Source: Octopus sinensis
Taxonomy: Eukaryota
Direction of reading: 5' to 3'
DNA length: 64,000 nucleotides
NCBI RefSeq assembly: GCF_006345805.1
Contig: NC_042997.1
Coordinates: 96,224,001-96,288,000, forward strand
Position numbers and translations under genes: made by a program. Within the stretch, counting starts at the first letter, position 1. Every line of letters starts with the position of its first letter. Positions 36,561-49,707 of this stretch are shown here, piece after piece. Under the pieces are notes generated by a model. The model made no database searches. It saw only the letters and a program-made list of their open reading frames with translations, and had not been told where the DNA came from.

Positions 36561-39500
36561 TACAGGTGAAATTCTGTAAGAATTAAAGCTGTTAAAACGA
36601 AGTGTACTGAATCCCGAATTCTTTTATCTCCCGTCACATCTTGCTAAGACATCAATAAATGCATCATGTTATTAGGAAATTCGGATTTACTTTGTTCAAC
36701 TGAAATGTTCGTATATTTCTGTACAATTCCAGTAAAGTGAAACACTAGTAGCTAAAACGTTTTCGCTAAAGCGAAGGAAAATCGATCAACTTCTTTACGC
36801 ATGTAATGTTATTCACAGTCACAAATCTTATACGTGACATTTCGAATCGAGTGTGTATTTTGTTATTAGAATATCAAGAGGCGGACAATATGAACGCATA
36901 ATTTAGGGAAACGTTTGTATTCTTAGAAAGCATAGTAAAAGCGTTCTTAAATCGTTTTATCAGGAATGTTCAAGTACAACATTACTAAGTTGACTTTTCA
37001 ATATCTTCCTAATTTTACATATAAATTCAATGCTCTGCCCGCTTGGCTGTGGCATTCGATTACTGATTTTTAAAGTCCAAAAATATTTTTGCATTTGCTA
37101 TCAGTGATATAAAACATAGAGACAATATAAAATATCTCTTTGAGAAAAACAGGAATCGATGTTTAATTGTTCTAGTGATATTTGTGGAGCTGACCGTTGA
37201 AATATGCATATTCTACATAGGAACAGAACATATTACATTGTTTTACTTTCTGTTTTGCGAAATTTCTATTTCCGTTCGAATTGTAATAGTTGCTCGTTTT
37301 CATACTGTGGAGATCGACGCGAATTAAAGGCGACAGTTTGTGTCCCAAGAAATATTACCTATTCTCGACATAATGGATTTTGAGGGAATAAGAAAAGTTT
37401 ACTTATAGTATAAAGTCACGCCGTGAACATTATCCTCGATCGTTAAGGAACAAGAAAAGTCGAAATTAGTAAGGGCTGTGCTATAAGAAAGTTTTGACTA
37501 AGATTATTTTTGTCTACTATGCAAACCTAAGAGAAATACATATTGAGATTAGAAATAAATATTGAGATTAGCGAACTGCTTGCTCAAGAGATGACTATGA
37601 ATATCGAAATATTTCAGGCAACTGGATATTCAGGACGGTGTCAAACACCTGGATCGATTTCGTAACTGATAAGGGGCAGCAGGAGAGGTTCCTGTAAAAA
37701 TATGCTAGCAGAATCTTTGTCTGTTCCATCAACCAACTTCATAGTCACATCTTTGCACAACTTGAAATCTGTCTGCTTTAAGATCTGGCTTAAGTGATTT
37801 TAGCCTTTCAATGAATTGAAGTTCTTTCCAATAAGAGACATTTGAAGAGATCGAAATAGATGGTAATCGAAACGCACAACGTTAGGTGAATAAGATGTTT
37901 ATGATAGGATATCACAGCTCAGCTATAAGTAACATGAGGTCTACTTTTGTGAGGGATAACAATGCCCTTCTGATTGGTCCAATCTGGATATCTTTCATCA
38001 ATTGCCTCTTTTGATCGGTTTGAATTCAACGTTTCATATTGAGAAAGGAGCTTATGATACACAATGCCCTTTTTATCCCATCACTTACAGAAGATCACTT
38101 TCTTTGGACGCTGACCAGCTTATGGTGTGTTTAGATGTGGTTAATTCCGTTTTCTCCAAGAACTTTTAGACTCCACTACAAACTACTTTTAATTACCTAT
38201 GATCACTCTTTTCAAAAATAGAGCATTTTTGTTGCGTTTGAACGGTAATCGCAGATAGAAATGCGATCCTGTAAATTTTCTAAAGTTGTAGAATTGGTAT
38301 ACTCATATGAGGAATGGAGATGGCGTTTTCAGACTTGTAGTTATAAAACTATATGTTCCTAATGAACACGGCAGCGATGTTGACATTGATTTCTACTTTC
38401 CCATTATTGATAAAATAAGCAAAAGTCAGATACTAAGTATCAGTTTAATCGACTCTAGCTCCGCCCACCAAATTATAGACTTTATGTTCTTATCAGAAAT
38501 CTATATTAGACTACGAGCCAACACCAGATGTGCTGTATAGTAGCTCGGTAGATTGTATTTAGATGCCAAAACTTTAGTCATACCAAAGCTGTTGCAAAAT
38601 AAAAACATTGGATAATATAATCCGATGTACACAGTAGGGGAAAATACAGAACTCTAAATTGGTTAAGACTTTGATCATGGATCTGCGCAAACCGAGTTGG
38701 CCTGGAGTTAAACAACAACAACCGTCAGTATTAATGTTTAGTGACAGCTAATGGAATAGCTGACATCTGATTGAAATTTCAGCAGCAGCTACTGTACTAA
38801 CTGCAAGTGTCGATAACAACCCCGTCTACATTTCGTTTTCAGATCTGATTATTGTTTTATTGAATATTTTAAAAGGCCATCTATGAATGCATTTTCCTCT
38901 CTTTCAAAAGGAAAATTCATTCAAATTTTATCTGTTGACATGTGAGTTGGTAGGTTCAATTATTGATAAGTCCATCCATGTGCTATCAGCTTCGCTTCCA
39001 GGAATATCATTGATCATTTAGGCTCCACTATGTCATTCTGTCTGGTATTAAATTAATCCACTATTTTTAAATGTTGCGGAGCATGTAGAAAGACAACGTA
39101 AACACGCACTAAATCATGAATATACGTAGGCAGAACACACATATATATACACATCAATAGATACATATACAAATGCATATCATGTATATGTGTGAGCGCA
39201 TGTGTGTCTTTGCTGTCAGATAAAAATTGTTCGTTTTTTTCCTATTTGATTCAAATCATTCCAATGTTATTTTAATTAACAAGAAAATGATTTTTATTGC
39301 TGTATTTTTAAGTTGTTGTTTTCATTTATTTTCTCTATTCTTTCTATAACTTTAGTTTATCATTTTCGAAATTTGAATAGATGTTTACCTCCTTTGAAGC
39401 ATATGACGATGGGGTACCCAGTTGATAGGGGGTGGGAAACTAGTTAATTTATCGGACAAACCACCATATATATTCGAAGGCCTCCCGCAAAGCTTCTTGG

Positions 39501-39734
39501 ACAGAATTCTGCTCGCAATGTATACGACAATACGTGACATCAGTAAAATAATTTTAATTGCGCTCAGAACCACAGAGCTGCGAAATGAAGGTTTTATCCC
39601 CTATCGTAGAAATGGTATTGCTTGTTGCACTACTGTTGCTGTTATAAGTAATATTTATACTGGCACCAGTGTAATAGTTAAACGAATTGTCAAGATAACT
39701 GTCGTGTTATTGTTGCCATTATTAATATAATTCC

Positions 39735-40160
39735 TCAGGTGGCGAGCCGGCAGAATCGTTAGCACGTCGGACAAAAGGTCGTCTTTGCATTTCAACCTTT
39801 CGGGGTCGATAACATATGCACCACTTGAACAGTGGGGCCGGTATAATTTAGTTTCAACTTTCCCCAAAATTTGAAACCATTATTAATATAAATATTGAGG
39901 TGGCGTGCCGACAGAAGCCATAGGACGCCGGACAAAATGCTGCCAAGCATTTTGTCCGTCTACAGGTTCTGATTTAAAATTCTACTGCGGTCGATTATTC
40001 CATTCATCCTTTCGTGATTGATAAAGTAAGTACCAGTGGAGCACTAAGGTCGATGTAATCGACTACACTCCTTAACCGAACTTGCTGACCTGGCACAAAA
40101 TTTTGGTACAGACCGAACACTGGAGTCAATGTAATCGACTAGCTTCTCTGACCAAAATTT
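39735..40160 (+). mobile_element. Two adjacent SINE family B copies (first internally deleted)
   Basis: Heads ggtggcgagccggcagaatcgttagcacg (39737) and ggtggcgtgccgacagaagcc (39899); core ttcatcctttcg...gataaagtaagtaccag. Confidence 0.7.
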
Positions 40161-40959
40161 CTGGACTTGCGCTATAATTAAGGATAATTAAGGTAATTAT
40201 TTCTATTCCTTAAATCACAATTACCAGTTGAAAACTATATCTATTACAATTAAGACATTATCTCTTTCTCCATTTAATTGAACAGTGCCATCATTACATC
40301 AGTTTAAATGCCGAGAAATCCTCAGCTGTATAAATACATAGAATTAAATTAAATTAAAACAGATGGACACATTAGTAGAATTTTACCTAAAAGCTCCGAG
40401 AAGGTAAGGAGATAGACGAAGAACATGCTGTCTTCACTTCAGGTCAGAAGCTACTAAGGTAACAAGAAAGACATGTTAGAGATCTAGCTTGTCACTGTTT
40501 TTTGGGGTCAGTTTTAATTTATAGTCTTGTTTATCAAATCTTTGATTATCAAAATCTAAGGCCAAAGAACAAGGAGCAGTGTCTGTTAGGAATGGGGCTG
40601 AGGGAGTCGACAGAAACCATAGTGGGTATAGTCATAAAACTTTCAAGATTAGTTTGAAGCAATATAATGAGATTTGGTAAAGGAAATCTTAAATCAAGAT
40701 GTTAGCTGACAATTAAGTGGGCAAGATTCTAGTAATCCAATGACGATGATATAGGGAAAATTTTATAATGGGGTACTATAGTTAAATATTTTTATTGGCA
40801 TATTGTATAAAGTTAAAATTTAAGGTTATTCAGAAGCTTATAAAGAAGAATATTACGACATATGGATAACATTTTTTAAAATACTTTTGAGTATATACCA
40901 AATTTTACCACAATAGAGGGTGAAAAAGAAATTATATAGAAATAGCTTAATATTTACAC

Positions 40960-43035
40960 ATATTATACATTATTAGATGATATCTATGAAGACTGATCAT
41001 TGGCATTTACTGGTATTTAATAAAGGAGTACTGAGGCAAAAGAACATGCTAACTATATATTAAATAAATTATAGTCTAAGCAGTTTATTTTAAGTTGTGA
41101 AGATACTGGTATTGTTTTATATAAGCTAAATATGAATTTATAGGGGTACAAAATTAGTTTTCTTTTATAAAGGCTATTATAAAATAATTAAATGATCAGG
41201 TAGGTAGAACACCATAAAAATGAATAAAGTAGCTTAATCGCTAAAACCATGATAAACCTTATTTACATCAATAGAGATGATTTGTTTGTCCCTGTTTGTC
41301 CCCTTTATGTTTAGCTCCCTGTGGGCAATAAAGAAATACATAGAGAAGATTTATAGAAACTCTATAATAATTTAATTATTTAAGCTAAAAATTGTTTATT
41401 TACTTATTTAGTTTGTATCAATAAAGACTAATACCTGGTATTAGCTAACAGAATATTAATGTTATAGGACATGCTAACTATACACTAACTATAAACTAAG
41501 GGGTATATTATAGGTTTGAAATTAGAAAGGCTACTTACATAAAGGCCATTATAAACAATATGGATTGTAGTTCCGGTGCATATACGAACATGGAAATTAT
41601 TGGTATGCCTATTGATGTAGAGGTAGATTTAAATGATACAACAATTGAGGGGAAGTTAGAAAATAACTGATGGGGACATGACATACTTGATAGTAGAAAT
41701 ATTAATAGTGAAAATATTAATGATAATATGAATCTTAATAATACTAATGTTAATAGTAATATTTCTCCTATTTGCGACTGTTGAGTTAAATTCCGCTGAC
41801 CGTTATTAGGCCGATGTCTTACCCAGAACGTAATTTGTAAATGTACGATAATAACTACAACTAGTAATTTTATATATATTGATTGTTTGATTAATATGAA
41901 ACAACGTCGATACAACCACCTGTCCTCTTTTAAACTTAAACATAGTGCGAATTGTACGTCATTATCCAGTAAGATTAGGGAATTGAAAGAAAGTAGAATT
42001 GGGTTTAGCCTTAAATGGGAAATAATAAGAAAAGCACAGCCTTATAGAAATAGTAGATATGGACGTGAGCTGTGCTCTATGGAAACATATAAAATATGTA
42101 AGCATAAAGATAAAGGCAATCTGATTAATTATAGATTAGATCTTAGGGTATCATGCGTACTTAGAGTCATCCGTACTTTTAAATATTTTCGAAAGTACCA
42201 CTTTATAGGTCTTGTGATTGTACTGATTTTGTTGGATAATTACTTTTAGTATTTTTAGTCTGAAATTAAAGCACATTGCATATATTACAATATAGTAAAA
42301 GCTATATAGTATAGTTAGTTAGTGGGCTAAACAAAGTTAATATAGTATCCATATGAAATATTTCCTGCCTAGTTGATCCAATTTCATCTCGGTTTTAGTA
42401 ATTACTTTATTTATCGCTTTCTTATTGTGTTGCACCCTCCTGATCTTAGTATCTATAAGAGCCTTTATGTAAGTAGCCCTTCTAATTAAGTACTCCTAAG
42501 AAACTACAATATCATGCATGGATTAACACATAAAAAACTTTTAAAACCTATAATGTTCCTCATCGTTTATAATTACTATATAGATAGCATGTCCTATAAC
42601 ATCAATATTCCTTTAGTTAATACCAGGTATAGGTCTTTATATATACAAGATAAATAAGTAAATAAACAATATTTAGTTTAAATACTTGAATTATTATACA
42701 TTTTCTATAAGTCTTCTCTATTGATGTTACCAGGGTATATATCATCGAGGTTTTTAGTGATTAAGCTATTCTATTCCTTTTCTATGGTATTCTAACCTAC
42801 CTGATCATTTTAATACTTTATAATTGCCTTTATGAAATAAACCTTTTTTTTTTAACCCTATAAATTCATACTTAGCTTTTATAAAACAATTCTGGTATCT
42901 TCACGATTTAAATTAAACTGCTTAGATTATGATTTAATTAATATATAGTTTATATGTTCTTTCAGTGCTCCTTTATTAAATATCAGTAAATTCCAATTGA
43001 TCAATCTCCATAGTTACCATCTATAAGTTAATATT
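40960..43035 (+). mobile_element. Old Penelope-like fragment (Asn-rich linker, GIY-YIG, 3' UTR) flanked by ~600 bp inverted arms
   Basis: Frame from 41590: ...NISPICDC*VKFR*PLLGRCLTQNVICKC..YIDCLINMKQRRYNHLSSFKLKHSANCTSLSSKIRELK...KWEIIRKAQPY. Arm 40960-41580 is the reverse complement of 42431-43035. Confidence 0.8.
41281..41339. mobile_element. Short SINE-B tail inserted into the left arm with an ATAGAGA duplication
   Basis: tttgtttgtccctgtttgtcccctttatgtttagctccctgtgggcaataaagaaata lies between atagaga repeats and is absent from the right arm. Confidence 0.6.
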
Positions 43036-43039
43036 TAAG

Positions 43040-43491
43040 CTTGCTTGGTGAGGAGGGTGTTTATTGGACACCCTGGGGGATGAAAAACAAAACCCGTCGA
43101 AGGGCTGAGGAACTCTTGAGAGTCAACGGCCATCCAATAAATCACTTAAGGCTATATCATGCGCGGGGACATAGAAATAATCGGACTGAATACCCGATCG
43201 CTCGGTTAAACCATTGGGAGTGAAGGACTCCCACCCTTTGTTAGGGCATCCTTCTAGGAGAAGGTAACTCAGGTAACTGGGATAACTCTGACATAAAACC
43301 TGCGGCTCAGTGGTTACCGATGATGTTGACTTGTTCTTTTCGGATTATGTCTGCTGTTGCTTAGTGAGTAGGATTGACTCAGTGCACAGCCTTTCCTCAC
43401 TTTAAAAAAAATCTTCTTGCACAGGGATTGCACGATAACAACATTGATTAAGCTTCGTGCAATGACCTACTCGATAACGAGGGGGCAGCCA

Positions 43492-43492
<1 letters not shown>
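43040..43492 (+). mobile_element. Interspersed repeat resembling an RTE-clade 5' UTR
   Basis: ctaggagaaggtaactc...aaacc resembles RTE 5' UTR motifs; it interrupts the PLE arm and ends at (TA)n. Confidence 0.35.
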
Positions 43493-43539
<47 letters not shown>

Positions 43540-43558
43540 TTATTTATTATATAGAAGG

Positions 43559-43609
43559 AGCTTCTACAGGACTAGAACTGTTTCATTCAAGAGAAATCTT
43601 CAGGAAGCT
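43559..43609 (-). ncRNA. Type I hammerhead ribozyme
   Basis: Minus strand: AGCTTC CTGAAGA T TTC TCTT GAA T GAA ACAG TTCTAGTC CTGT A GAAGCT. Stem I 6 bp, stem III 4 bp, GUA triplet. Confidence 0.85.
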
Positions 43610-43829
43610 AGTTAACAAGAATTGTATTGGCATTTATACATTTAGGCAGGTTTATAGGGGTGGTGGTGGGGGACTTTTGGGGAGTAGGCATAGCGCAAAA
43701 AAATCATACTTGGGGGAGTGGTCAAGGAGTCAGTGGTAAATTAGATAGAAGAATAAATAAAAGAATAAAAAAAGAATAAAAAAATATAAAAATATATAGA
43801 AGAATAGAGTTTTAGGTAAATAAGGAAAT

Positions 43830-43876
43830 TCTCAACACACACACATATACATACACACATACATACACACACACCC

Positions 43877-43907
<31 letters not shown>

Positions 43908-43926
43908 TATACATACATATATCTAC

Positions 43927-43970
<44 letters not shown>

Positions 43971-44722
43971 CATATACATATACATACATACACATATACA
44001 TGCATATACATATACACACACACATGTATATATACACACACACGACCACACATACACATACACACAAAAAATATATACATACACACACATACACATACTC
44101 ACATACACACACATATCCACATACACACATGCACACACAACACACAAGTCCCTATATACTCATATATACATATACACATATATGTATGCATACACACACA
44201 CACACATATATATATACATATATATATATATACATATATATATATACATACATATTTGTACCCACCCATACACATATATGTATGTATACACACACACACA
44301 CATACATATATATACACATACATACATACATATGTGTACCTATTCATACCTACACATACACACATATATACATACAATTACAAACCCATTCCCTAATTTT
44401 AATTTTATTATCTTCATTTATTACTTTTGTTATCTTTGACCGCTGGTCACAAACATCTTGGCTAGTCCCTTTTATCTTTCTACTTGAGCACAAGCACTCA
44501 CTCACGCACGCACACTCATTAGCACGCACACACACTCTCATTCGTACACTCATACACATACACGCACGCACGCGTTATATTCATACATACATACATCTAC
44601 ATACATACACGTATATACACATACATACGCGTACCTACAGATTCATGTCTACAAACTTAGAAGACTAGTCTATACATATACACTAAATATATATACACAC
44701 ATACATATACACCTACATACAA

Positions 44723-44765
<43 letters not shown>

Positions 44766-44863
44766 CATACATATACATACATACATATACATATATACAC
44801 ACACACATACATACACATATACACATACACGCACATACACATATACATGCATATACATACATA

Positions 44864-44897
<34 letters not shown>

Positions 44898-44973
44898 CAT
44901 ATACATACACACATACACATACACACATACACATATGTACACATACACACACATATATTCACATATATATATA

Positions 44974-45017
<44 letters not shown>

Positions 45018-45244
45018 CACACACACATATATACATACACACACATATATACATACACACACACACACATATATATATACCCACACCTACACATACACAC
45101 ATATATATATACATATATACATACATATACACACATACACACACACACACATATATATGTACATACATACACATACACATACATATACATATACATATAC
45201 ATATACACATGCACATACGTATAACTCTACATACCCACATATAC

Positions 45245-45277
<33 letters not shown>

Positions 45278-45944
45278 TTTATATATATATATACACACAT
45301 ATATATACACATATACATGTGCACACATACACACACATATATATACCCATCTACAATCTGTATATACACACACATTCATGCACATACACATAACTCTACA
45401 TACACATACATATACACACATATACATATTACTCTTTTACTCTTTTACTTGTTTCAGTCATTTGACTGCGGCCATGCTGGAGCACCGCCTTTAGTCGAGC
45501 AAATCGACCCCGGGACTTATTCTTTGTAAGCCAGTACTTATTCTATCGGTCTCTTTTGCCGAACCGCTAAGTGACGGGGACGTAAACACACCAGCATCGG
45601 TTGTCAAGCGATTTGGGGGGACAAACACAGACACACAAACACACATATACATATACGACGGGCTTCTTTCAGTTTCCGTCTACCAAATCCACTCACAAGG
45701 CATTGGTCGGCCCGGGGCTGTAGCAGAAGACACTTGCCCAAGATGCCACGCAGTGAGACTGAACCCAGAACCATGTGGTTGGTTAGCAGCTACTTACCAC
45801 ACAGCCACTCCTGCGTGTGTGTATGTGGTGTGTATATATATATATATATATATATAAACAAATATATATATATATATACACACGCACATATATACATATA
45901 TATACACACACCACACACATACACATACATATACATATATATAT

Positions 45945-46022
<78 letters not shown>

Positions 46023-46460
46023 CAACAATTGAGGGTAAAGTTAATTAGTTATTAATCAATTTCACCAAGTATTCAGTATGTAAAAGGACCATTATTTTTT
46101 GAGTAAACATTGTCTGAGAGAAAATTTTCTTTAAGTAGTGGAAAAGGCTAAAAAACTTATTTGGCTGCTATTTCTAGAAAGTTCAGTATGTGGCAAAGTA
46201 ATTTATTTTACTAAGCCCTAATTATATAATATTTTATATATACATACACATACATACACACATACATATACACATACATATGCATACACACATATATACA
46301 TATATACATATATACACACACACACACCACACACATACATATATATATATATATATTTTTACATACATACACACACACACACACATAATACATGCGTATA
46401 TTCCTACTATACCCATACATTTCTATACATATATACGATACACATATACAAGCGTGCACA
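43830..46460. repeat. ~2.6 kb compound (CA)/(TA)/(CATA) microsatellite block
   Basis: Direct reading; interrupted by short unique islands and a SINE. Confidence 0.95.
45431..45813 (-). mobile_element. Full-length SINE family A copy
   Basis: Highly similar to 10448-10843, with A and B boxes and the (gagtaaaa) tail. Confidence 0.85.
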
Positions 46461-46547
46461 TACAATATGTGAAAGGTCTTAGGAGAAAAGGTAGTCGGGG
46501 GTGCTAGGGGAACGGTGGGATTGGGGGGGTTTGTGGGTGGGGTGTCA

Positions 46548-47615
46548 TCAATCTGGTTGCCGGGTAGGTCTATAGTTCTTGTAGTTTGCATAATTCTTAT
46601 GCATGCAATTTGGGGAGTGTTCTGAAATCTTGTTAAGGAGAGGGCCTTTGGCGAACAAGATCTCTAGGCTCTCCGAAATGCAAAGGTCACAGCAGGTATG
46701 GCCTCCTGTGTACGAACGCGCCTTCTGTAGTAGTTTCCACTTGGTCTTGAAGGGGATGGAGTTCCTTTTAAGGTACCAGATGTGGGCGGCGAGGGTAGTT
46801 TGGTTGGATTTATCCGGTCGCCGGAACGAGTGTGTGTGTGCGTACCAACGGGTCTTAAAGCTGTTTGACGTCATTCCGATGTAGGATTTTCTTTTATCGT
46901 CAGGGCCTGATCTTACCTCGCATGTATATACTAGGTCCCTCTGTAGGCAGTTGTTGTTGAGGGGGCAGGTGGTTTTATCAGGGCAGTTACAATTGCTATC
47001 GGACGTTGGATGGGCCTCGGAAAAAGTATATATGTTAAGTTTTTTCACATTGTTGTTGGCTAGGTTCCTGGCTAGATTGGGCGTGGTAGAGTAGGAGAGT
47101 CTAATAGTGTTCTTATTTGGGATAGTGTAGTACTTATGTTGGGTGGGGAAGTGTTTCTGTAGGAGAGTGAAGAAGATTTTAGCTACAGGTGTAGCGACCT
47201 CACGGTTGAAGGGGGGGTTGTACCAGCTAATGTGTCTTCTTCTATTTTTCCTGGGTTGGCGTGGGGCTATACTAGTATAGGTAATCTTATCTTTAAAGCC
47301 ACTGCGGGCCAGGGCCTCGTTGTAATAGGGGGCTGCGGCCTTAAAGATATCTTCCGTGGCGGACAGGCTAGAAATTCTTATTGAGACACTTTTTACTAGG
47401 TTATCTAATATATTTTTGGGGTGGTTGGAATTAATATCTATATATCTAAGGGATTCATTTGGTTTGTGGTACGGGTAATAAAGTGAGGTTTTTAAGTCGA
47501 GGGTGACGTCAAGGAAGTTAGCTTTGGTTAAGTTGGATTCTAAGGTAATCCTAAGGCCTATGTTTTTAAAGAAGGTGTAAAGATTTTTCCGGAACCCATC
47601 CGTGGTCCTGGGGTT
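46548..47615 (-). CDS. PLE RT thumb plus GIY-YIG endonuclease, open reading frame fragment (5' truncated, no start)
   Basis: 355 sense codons without a stop by my reading: NFLDVTLDL..YYPYHKPN..YIDINSNHP..ISWYNPPFN..IRLSYSTTPN..CNCPDKTTCPLNNNC..LVYTC..YIGMTSNSFKTRWYAH..CDLCISE..LLNK..CMH. Confidence 0.85.
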   Translation of the reverse strand, partial: NPRTTDGFRKNLYTFFKNIGLRITLESNLTKANFLDVTLDLKTSLYYPYHKPNESLRYIDINSNHPKNILDNLVKSVSIRISSLSATEDIFKAAAPYYNEALARSGFKDKITYTSIAPRQPRKNRRRHISWYNPPFNREVATPVAKIFFTLLQKHFPTQHKYYTIPNKNTIRLSYSTTPNLARNLANNNVKKLNIYTFSEAHPTSDSNCNCPDKTTCPLNNNCLQRDLVYTCEVRSGPDDKRKSYIGMTSNSFKTRWYAHTHSFRRPDKSNQTTLAAHIWYLKRNSIPFKTKWKLLQKARSYTGGHTCCDLCISESLEILFAKGPLLNKISEHSPNCMHKNYANYKNYRPTRQPD

Positions 47616-48152
47616 TATATATATGTATATATATATGTATATATATATGTATATATATATATAAGGAATACATACATATACATATATATTCCTTATATAT
47701 ACAAATATGTATACACATGCGCGTGCTCACACACACACATATATATGTATATAGTCATATATTTACATAATATAGCAAATATATATATATTCATACATGT
47801 TCATATATACTTAATATATACATATATATTTATAAACACATACGTATTCAGATATTATATGGTATTCAGGAAACAAAGGATTTATAATCAAATCACCAAA
47901 GAAGATTCTTTGGTGTATACAAACCTGATCGTTTCTAAATAGCTTGCTTAAAAAGAAGTAAATTATTCCAGAATTCTGATTTTTTACAAACATTCTTTTG
48001 TTTTTACTCATGATGATAAAAGTACTTTAACTTGTCATAGACATTTACAACCGTAGCAGGCATCATGGAATTTAATCCGTAATATTTCTCATCTTCTCAT
48101 GTTTAGCTTTTTTCATTGTGTCACAATTACTCTACTTGCATTGCGTATTATA

Positions 48153-48566
48153 TTCTTTTGTACCTCTATTTGTCTCAGCCATTTAACTGCGGCCATGCTG
48201 GAGCACCGCATTGAAGGATTTTAGTGGACGAAATCTAACCAATGACTTATTTTTTAAGCCTAGTACTTATTCTATCGGTTTCATTTGGCGAACTGCCATG
48301 TTACGGGGGACGAAGACATACCAACACTGGTTGCCAGGCGGTGATGGAGGGACAAATACAGGCACGCAGATACATACACAACATAGATATATACATGCAT
48401 ACATATATACATATATATACTACGGGCTTCATTCAGTTTCCGTCTACCAAATCCACTTACAAAGCTTTGGTCAGCCTGAGGATGTAGTAGAAGACACTTG
48501 ACTAAGTGGGACTGACTCCGCAACCATGTGGTTAGGAGGCAAGTTCCTTAGCACATAGCTACACAT
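48153..48566 (-). mobile_element. SINE family A copy (diverged)
   Basis: ctgcggccatgctggagcaccg...cagtttccgtctaccaaatccact...accatgtggtt. Confidence 0.8.
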
Positions 48567-48570
48567 GTGG

Positions 48571-48652
<82 letters not shown>

Positions 48653-49649
48653 CTTTGAATGTATGTATAACACTTTACAGGAAGTAGTCGGCTAATGTAG
48701 GAAATATTTTCATAGCGATGTGATTTAAATATACATGCACGTTATGCCGTTGAAGATGATATGCCCATATACGTTACAGATGATATTTATATTTTTACAT
48801 AAATATTATCGTGGACATCTCTAACACACCGGACATTTTACTATATGTTGAATAATGTGACACGTAACCAAATATGTTAAATACTTTACTAAATCTCTTG
48901 TATTACGCAGTTTACTTAGACGGATACATCTCCTCATGCCTTGCATGTTTACTTAACATTTCCACTTCTTGCTTTCAATAAAATGTGTATTATTTCTGTA
49001 ATTCTTTAAGTGTATGCTATTTTCTGTTTTTGTTAAACACTTATCAACCTGAACGTCGGCTGACTAAACGTTTTGCAGTAGTAATCTTCATGTTTCTGAT
49101 TCAATTTTGAAATATTGCCGGTGACAGGCTCGATTATTTCTTCACACTTGATCGATTGAATCAACTTTAATCTTCTTTGAAATATATTCGACCTAATATT
49201 GAGAGAATAAATGAAACTAAATGGAATGAAGGGCGTTGCGTTCTAACGCGTATTTCAAGACACTCTTTGTTAATTATCAATCATAGATTACAGAATTGAT
49301 ATTAGTAAGAAAATTCAAATCAACGACAGAGCTAACTACACGTTTTCCTTACTACAAACAGCAAGTACGTTTTTCAAGTATCAACGCTAGCGTCATTAAG
49401 AAAGTAAAGCCACGTTGAACAATGCAGTTCTTACTATTGAAAGAGACAGGATAGCTGTGATCAGAATATATTTACTCTTTGACTTAACAGAACTTTGGGC
49501 TAACAGACATGCTCTCAGGCTAAATCACAATGACATCAGGTAAGTAAACAAAATTAATGAATGTTCAATATAGCGGCGAAAGTTAGGCTTCCGATTTATA
49601 TATTTCAGTTTTTGCTTCAAGCTGTATTGTGTGTTTGTGTGTGTGTGGT

Positions 49650-49707
<58 letters not shown>

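Larger units (their letters stand above)
29845..37917. repeat. Tandem segmental duplication (copy A ~29845-33587, copy B ~33655-37917)
   Basis: Colinear order of mariner remnant, unique blocks, SINE, 5S-like gene and ~1.4 kb unique tail in both copies. Confidence 0.9.
43540..47615 (-). mobile_element. Young 5'-truncated Penelope-like element; 3' UTR inferred to extend through microsatellites to the HHR at 43559-43609
   Basis: Intact ORF fragment, same-strand terminal HHR, both ends at (TA)n. Contiguity across the microsatellite block is inferred. Confidence 0.65.

Noticed and set aside
42200-43035. SECIS element downstream of the TGA-containing PLE fragment
   Set aside because: The ATGA sites inspected lack the helix II, apical AA and closing GA geometry; needs a computational search.
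43741-46507. Many overlapping ORFs rich in YI/HT/CV repeats (also around 6382-6858, 9267-10279, 16317-16740, 30702-31487, 35432-35827, 49525-49822, 58576-59053)
   Set aside because: They are translations of dinucleotide and tetranucleotide microsatellites with no coding signal.
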